DNA of 20,000 bases. Source: an uncultured virus (IMG/VR IMGVR_UViG_3300035183_001031). Taxonomy: Duplodnaviria > Heunggongvirae > Uroviricota > Caudoviricetes. Location of the stretch: the IMG/VR virus record IMGVR_UViG_3300035183_001031; one strand, written 5' to 3'. The position numbers and the translations under genes are program-made. Every line of letters begins with the position of its first letter. Within the stretch, counting starts at the first letter, position 1. The notes under the pieces are model-generated. The model saw only the letters and a list, made by a program, of their open reading frames with translations. It was not told where the DNA came from and searched no databases. Positions 15,751 through 20,000 of this stretch are shown here, piece after piece.

Positions 15751-17460
15751 ATGAGTGACATGATCAGGGAGATGTCCCGTGACGTTGTGGAGCAGAACCT
15801 TCTCAAGGAGGGGAAGCGCATCTACAACAAGTGGGCGAAGACGGGCCTTCTTGAGGGTCTGGACAAGCAGCGGGCGTACAACGTCGCTCGCCTCATGGAG
15901 AACCAGCTCAAGCAGTTCCTAAAGGAGGCGTCCTCGACGGCCGATATCATCGGCTTCCAGAACGTCGCCTTTCCGATCATCCGCCGTGTCTTCGCGGGTT
16001 TGATCGCGAACGAGCTTGTCTCGGTCCAGCCGATGAGCCTGCCCTCGGGCCTGCTCTTCTACATGGACTATCGCTATGATAGCGTTAAGGGCGGTAACCT
16101 GAACGCGGACTTCACCGCAGGTGGCTCGCTCTTCGGTGAGCGGAACTCGTTGCAGGATGCTAAGGGTGACGGTGGCCCATATAACCTTCAGGGTGTGAGC
16201 TACTCCCTCCGTGAGAGGGTCAGCACCTCGCTCTTCTCGGCGTCGTTTGCACCCCTGACGCTTGCGGATATCGAGTATGATCCTGAGATCTCGAGCTCGC
16301 TCTCGCTCTCGGCGACTGGTTGGAAGAAGCTCACGCTGACGAATGCCTACGCGGCGCTTCAGGCGTCGGGTGCCCTCTACAACCCGGCCGAGCTGAAGAT
16401 GGTCGTCCCGGTCTCGGGATCGTCGATCTCCTTCTCGTCGACGACGGACGGTACTCCGATCCAGATGGCGAAGGTCGCCGGTACCGGCGGCATCAAGGTC
16501 TTCCGTCGCTTTACGAAGTCATCGGGTAACGACCTGGTGTTCGTGGTCTCCGGCACCGCTGCGGACGTTGACGGCACGGCGTACGTCGCCGGCGTCAAGC
16601 TCAGCTATCCGGTTGCTCCGACCCTCACGGGCGGCACCTCCGGTACGCTGGTCCTCGATCCGCTCGAGTCTGATCTCGGTCAGCCGACGGCCATGCCGTC
16701 GATCCCCGAGCTCGATTTCCGCATCGAGTCGGTCGCCGTCACGGCCAAGAGCCGGAAGCTGAAGGCCCGCTGGACTCCTGAGCTCGCCCAGGACCTGGCG
16801 GCCTACCAGAACCTGGATGCTGAGGTCGAGCTCACCCAGGTCCTCTCGGAGCAGATCGCCCTCGAGATCGACCGTGAGATCCTCTCGGAGCTTCTGTTCC
16901 GTGCCACGGGGGCGAACTACTTCTGGTCGCGCGCTCCGGGCAAGTTCCTTGACAAGACGACCGGTAATACTGTCGCCGGCGGCTCCTTTACCGGTACCGT
17001 CCGTGAGTGGTACGAGACCCTGGTCGAGGTCATCATCGATGTGGGCAACGTCATCCAGCGTAAGACGCTGCGCGGCGCGGCCAACTTCCTGGTCACAAGC
17101 CCGGACGTGTCGACGATCCTCGAGGCATCGGTGCTCTATAAGCCGATGTTCGACGCGGCGGACACGATGCAGACCACGATGGGCATCGGTACCGAGAAGG
17201 TCGGTACGTTGTCGCAGCGCTACACGGTCTACAAGGACCCGTACTTCCCGCGGAATAAGATCCTCGTGGGTTACAAGGGATCGAGCTTCCTCGAGACCGG
17301 GTTCGTGTATGCCCCGTACGTGCCGCTCATCGTCACTCCGGTCATCTACAAGTACGATGATCTGACCCCGACCAAGGGCGTCATGACGAGGTATGCGAAG
17401 CAGCTCACCAGGAGCGACTTCTACGGCACGGTCACGGTCATGGATATGACCTTCCCGTGA
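15751..17460 (+). CDS. Major capsid protein (T4 gp23-like), 569 aa
   Basis: KWAKTGLLEGL, LMENQ, VSVQPMSLPSGLLFY, VTAKSRKLKARWTPELAQDL, EIDREI, GAANFLVTSP, YAPYVPL, GVMTRYA. AAGGGAGA upstream; strong C/G third-position bias. Confidence 0.97.
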   Translation: MSDMIREMSRDVVEQNLLKEGKRIYNKWAKTGLLEGLDKQRAYNVARLMENQLKQFLKEASSTADIIGFQNVAFPIIRRVFAGLIANELVSVQPMSLPSGLLFYMDYRYDSVKGGNLNADFTAGGSLFGERNSLQDAKGDGGPYNLQGVSYSLRERVSTSLFSASFAPLTLADIEYDPEISSSLSLSATGWKKLTLTNAYAALQASGALYNPAELKMVVPVSGSSISFSSTTDGTPIQMAKVAGTGGIKVFRRFTKSSGNDLVFVVSGTAADVDGTAYVAGVKLSYPVAPTLTGGTSGTLVLDPLESDLGQPTAMPSIPELDFRIESVAVTAKSRKLKARWTPELAQDLAAYQNLDAEVELTQVLSEQIALEIDREILSELLFRATGANYFWSRAPGKFLDKTTGNTVAGGSFTGTVREWYETLVEVIIDVGNVIQRKTLRGAANFLVTSPDVSTILEASVLYKPMFDAADTMQTTMGIGTEKVGTLSQRYTVYKDPYFPRNKILVGYKGSSFLETGFVYAPYVPLIVTPVIYKYDDLTPTKGVMTRYAKQLTRSDFYGTVTVMDMTFP

Positions 17461-17495
17461 TCCGCTGATCCGGCAGATGTAGCCGGATAATGATC

Positions 17496-17530
17496 AAGGC
17501 TCGGAATTCAATCCGGGCCTTTGTCGTTTT
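17496..17530 (+). terminator. Rho-independent terminator after the major capsid gene
   Basis: Stem AAGGCTCGGA (17496-17505) / TCCGGGCCTT (17512-17521) with one G-U pair, 6-nt loop, followed by TGTCGTTTT. A second hairpin ATCCGGC/GCCGGAT lies at 17468-17488. Confidence 0.75.
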
Positions 17531-17605
17531 ATCGCATGGACTGGCGTCTCACGCCTCATAGGCTGAGGTCAGCGGTGAGCAGCCGTGTCCGTCGTTCGAC
17601 CCTGA

Positions 17606-17923
17606 TCATCCAGATGCTGGCATCAGCTTGATGATCGCATCTAGACCGTGCTCTTTAAGGATGTTGATCCGTCTCGTCATCTCATCGATATGTTCTCGGA
17701 TCGCCCGCATGAAGAAGTCACGATCACGTTTATCACCGAGACAGGCGGTTTGGACATCAAATCGGTTGTCTCCCGGAACTATCTGGGAGAGGACGCTGAT
17801 TCCGCCATTAAAGTCTTGGATATAGCGGTTGTTATTCGACCAACATCCGCGCTCAACCTCGGAGAAGCCCATCTCAAGAAGGATGTTTCGCGTTTCCTCA
17901 TCTTCATACCATGGCTTCATCAT
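17606..17923 (-). CDS. Hypothetical protein (105 aa), the only convincing minus-strand gene
   Basis: Protein-like sequence (MKPWYEDEETRNILLEMGFSEVERGCW...) filling the gap after the capsid terminator; upstream AAGGTG and an extended -10-like TGaTAAGAT. Confidence 0.65.
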   Translation of the reverse strand: MMKPWYEDEETRNILLEMGFSEVERGCWSNNNRYIQDFNGGISVLSQIVPGDNRFDVQTACLGDKRDRDFFMRAIREHIDEMTRRINILKEHGLDAIIKLMPASG

Positions 17924-17926
17924 AAC

Positions 17927-17935
17927 ATCTTATCA
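17927..17935 (-). promoter_or_regulatory. Extended -10-like element TGaTAAGAT
   Basis: Minus strand reads ...caaggTGaTAAGATgttATGATG; the hexamer ends 6 nt before the ATG at 17920. No consensus -35. Confidence 0.35.
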
Positions 17936-17949
17936 CCTTGTCGGGCGGT

Positions 17950-17958
17950 CCTTACTTA
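17950..17958 (+). promoter_or_regulatory. Candidate late promoter motif CCTTACTTA
   Basis: Exact copy of 5723-5731; 4 nt upstream of GTG 17963, which begins the unit leading into the fibre gene. Confidence 0.4.
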
Positions 17959-17962
17959 CCTC

Positions 17963-18208
17963 GTGAGCATCGTTGACCTGATTCAATCTGCTTCGATCGG
18001 TGTGGTCTTCGTCCTCTCCCTGCGGTCTCTGATCATTTGCAGGAGGATGGCGGATGAACCAGACGAGCTATCGCAGAAGATCTCAAGGTTGAGGCTTGAC
18101 CGTCCGCTGGAGAAGACGCTTGCCGAGCTCCTCGAGAAGTCTCGGGCAGGTGGTGGACGGGTACACATCCATGACGTCGAGGAGGTCTTTCGGAGGAACC
18201 TCGAATGA
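17963..18208 (+). CDS. Small membrane-anchored hypothetical protein (81 aa)
   Basis: 3' part of track ORF 17648..18208 from in-frame GTG 17963 (MSIVDLIQSASIGVVFVLSLRSLIICRR...), which avoids overlapping the minus-strand gene. Its stop overlaps the next ATG (ATGA). Confidence 0.55.
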   Translation: MSIVDLIQSASIGVVFVLSLRSLIICRRMADEPDELSQKISRLRLDRPLEKTLAELLEKSRAGGGRVHIHDVEEVFRRNLE

Positions 18209-20000
18209 GTCACCTCGGCGATACCGTAGTCTTTCAGAAGCCCACGGGATCAATTGAGGAGGGGATTTACCAGGCGGGCCTGGTGTCATACCTTGCCCCT
18301 GACCCTCCGAGACCTGAACACTTTATCAACGTCCGTCTGACCAACGGTACAGCGTATTACAACGCCGGTGGAACGACCATCTCCGGAGGAGCCGCCCTGT
18401 CCGCAGACCAGGGTGCTCCGAACTTGCTTTCGGCCGCCTGGCCGGTCAAGGTCACGGACGGAACCTCCCTTTTTGGAACCGAGATCCTTCCTCAGGTCGT
18501 CAAGATCAGTACTGGGTCGTTGGGCAATTATAGCACTCCGCTGTGGATCACCGGTTCTGTCTTTGTCTTGAATCCGTCCAGCGGCAGCGGAGCAGGTGGA
18601 ACGGTTACTGGCTCTGTGAAGCTGACTGAGGCTGTCTCTGTCTCCGGGATCGTTTCTGTTACCGGCACGGTCGCCCTTGCTCGAGCTGTCGACATCGCCT
18701 CGATGCCGAGCGTCACGGTCGCCAATCCGGTCACCAGCGTCTCGATCACGGGTACCCCGACGATTACCGGTTCCGTCTCCATCTGGGGCGTCTCGGCTGT
18801 CACCGGCACGGTGGCACTCGCCCGTGGGGTGGACATTGCTTCGATGCCGAGCGTCACGGTCGCTAACCCGGTGACGTCGGTGACGACCCTCACCGGATCC
18901 GTCGTTGCGATCTTGAACGCAGGGAATCCGGTCGCAGCGTCAAACCCGTTACCGATCACCGGTTCCGTCTCGATCTGGGGAACGAGCGCCGTCACTGGGA
19001 CTGTGGCTCTCGCTCGAGCTGTTGACATTGCCTCGATGCCGGTGGTCACCGTCAACGCGCATAGCGTGACGCAGGGAACTGCGGCTGCACTTTCTGCGCC
19101 TTGGCCAGTCATCATGGTCTCCGGTTCCGACCCTGTCGGAACGGTGACTCATCCGATGTGGGTCACAGGGTCTGTCTATGTCTTGAACCAGGGGCCAGGG
19201 GGCGGTCCGAGCGAAAATGTTACGACGCTATCGGGATCGATCGTAGCCCTCCAGGTAGCTGGAACCGAGGTTACGGCTCTTAACCCCATTCCTATCACCG
19301 GCTCTGTCGTCCTCGCTCGAGGCGCTACCATCACCGGATCGGTCTCCATCTGGGGCGTGAGCGAGGTTACCGGTTCCGTTTCCATCTGGGGAACGAGTGC
19401 CGTCACCGGTACGGTTGCCCTCGCCCGAGCTGTCGACATCGCCTCGATGCCGAGCGTCACGGTCTCTAATACCGTCCAAGTCACCGGGGCCTTGAAGATC
19501 ACTGAGGCCGTGACGGTCGCTAATCCTGTCACCAGCGTTAGCGTCTCGGCCTTACCGGCAGTGACCGGCAATGTCGCTCTTACAGAGCCAGTTGTCGTCC
19601 GTGATACTGTCTCTATCACTGGAAGTGTTTCTCTCGCCGAGCGGGCGGTTGTTACGGGAACGGTTGCGCTGGCTCGTGGCGTCGACATCGCCTCGATGCC
19701 GGTGGTCACCGTCAACGCACATAGCGTGACGCAGGGAACTGCGGCTGCACTTTCCGCGCCCTGGCCAGTCATCATGGTCTCCGGTTCTGATCCTGTCGGG
19801 ACAGAGACCCACCCGATGTGGGTCACAGGATCTGTCTATGTCTTGAATCAGGGGCCGGGTGGTGGTCCGAGCGGAAATGTTACGACGCTATCGGGATCGA
19901 TCGTAGCCCTCCAGGTAGCTGGAACCGAAGTTACGGCTCTTAATCCTGTTCCTGTCACCGGCTCTGTCGTCCTTGCCCGAGTCGCTACCGTCACCGGATC
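18205..20000 (+). CDS. Repeat-rich fibre-like virion protein, at least 598 aa, runs off the window
   Basis: Manual translation from ATG 18205 (GGAGGA at 18192-18197) is stop-free to 20000: MSHLGDTVVFQKPTGSIEEG... then many (V/I)TG(S/T)V units, V/T/S/G/A-rich. Absent from the ORF track, presumably because it has no stop in the window. Confidence 0.85.
   Translation, partial: MSHLGDTVVFQKPTGSIEEGIYQAGLVSYLAPDPPRPEHFINVRLTNGTAYYNAGGTTISGGAALSADQGAPNLLSAAWPVKVTDGTSLFGTEILPQVVKISTGSLGNYSTPLWITGSVFVLNPSSGSGAGGTVTGSVKLTEAVSVSGIVSVTGTVALARAVDIASMPSVTVANPVTSVSITGTPTITGSVSIWGVSAVTGTVALARGVDIASMPSVTVANPVTSVTTLTGSVVAILNAGNPVAASNPLPITGSVSIWGTSAVTGTVALARAVDIASMPVVTVNAHSVTQGTAAALSAPWPVIMVSGSDPVGTVTHPMWVTGSVYVLNQGPGGGPSENVTTLSGSIVALQVAGTEVTALNPIPITGSVVLARGATITGSVSIWGVSEVTGSVSIWGTSAVTGTVALARAVDIASMPSVTVSNTVQVTGALKITEAVTVANPVTSVSVSALPAVTGNVALTEPVVVRDTVSITGSVSLAERAVVTGTVALARGVDIASMPVVTVNAHSVTQGTAAALSAPWPVIMVSGSDPVGTETHPMWVTGSVYVLNQGPGGGPSGNVTTLSGSIVALQVAGTEVTALNPVPVTGSVVLARVATVTG
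18658..19701 (+). repeat. Five copies of a 17-codon unit VTGTVALAR(A/G)VDIASMP
   Basis: Copies start at 18658, 18799, 18991, 19402 and 19651; near-identical in protein, with synonymous DNA differences. Confidence 0.9.
19021..20000 (+). repeat. Direct repeat of at least 320 bp, offset 660 bp (19021-19340 vs 19681-20000)
   Basis: Line-by-line comparison gives 27 mismatches in 320 nt (about 92% identity), mostly at third codon positions. Confidence 0.9.

Noticed and set aside
14659..17365. Long alternative-frame and antisense ORFs over scaffold and capsid (e.g. 14850..15491, 15169..15723, 16817..17365)
   Set aside because: Expected by-products of strong GC3 codon bias; Ser/Arg-rich non-protein-like composition.
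17648..17962. 5' part of the 186-aa plus-strand ORF
   Set aside because: It overlaps most of the more protein-like minus-strand gene; GTG 17963 gives a non-overlapping gene.
18658..19701. CRISPR-like array from the recurring GACAT(C/T)GC(C/T)TCGATGCCG sequence
   Set aside because: Spacing is irregular (141-411 bp), variation is synonymous and the intervening sequences are themselves repeated, so these are protein-coding repeats.
18528..19826. Minus-strand ORFs of 195 and 216 aa
   Set aside because: They are antisense shadows of the repetitive plus-strand fibre gene in codon register.
19021..20000. Diversity-generating retroelement TR/VR pair
   Set aside because: Mismatches between the copies are not adenine-specific (many C/T third-position changes), both copies are in frame in one gene, and no reverse transcriptase is in the window.
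1..20000. Stop-codon reassignment (none of the called genes ends in TAG)
   Set aside because: All core genes are full length under the standard code and need no TAG or TGA readthrough. The absence of TAG stops shows only a preference here; genome-wide coding density would be needed to say more.
1..20000. Frequent GATC/TCGA/CGATCG as a HIP1-like or methylation signal
   Set aside because: Plausibly explained by preferred ATC, GAT, GAG and CTC codons; a codon-controlled count is needed and was not possible.

Overview
This window is part of a large, moderately GC-rich (high 50s % by eye) tailed-phage genome with a T4-type head module. Almost all genes are on the + strand and tightly packed, several with ATGA/GTGA overlaps. 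Order: 5'-truncated Zn-finger/TOPRIM primase; single-chain SbcD-SbcC (Mre11-Rad50, gp47-gp46) fusion; two membrane proteins (possible lysis pair); three small hypotheticals; terminase large subunit; gp20-like portal; two putative head proteins; gp21-like prohead protease; three more putative head proteins; a phage-encoded ribosomal protein bS21; gp22-like scaffold; gp23-like major capsid protein with a terminator; one small minus-strand gene; a small membrane protein; and a long Val/Thr/Ser/Gly repeat fibre-like ORF (18205 to beyond the end) that the ORF track omits. Most notable: bS21 inside the head operon of a phage that uses Shine-Dalgarno sites; uncharacterised head-operon proteins sharing a Glu-terminated amphipathic motif (possible protease-processed capsid cargo); a spanin-like protein with an unusual C-terminal beta-strand end; a candidate late-promoter motif (TA[C/G]TTA); and a small cloverleaf-like sequence after the capsid terminator. 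All calls come from motif recognition by eye; no searches were run.
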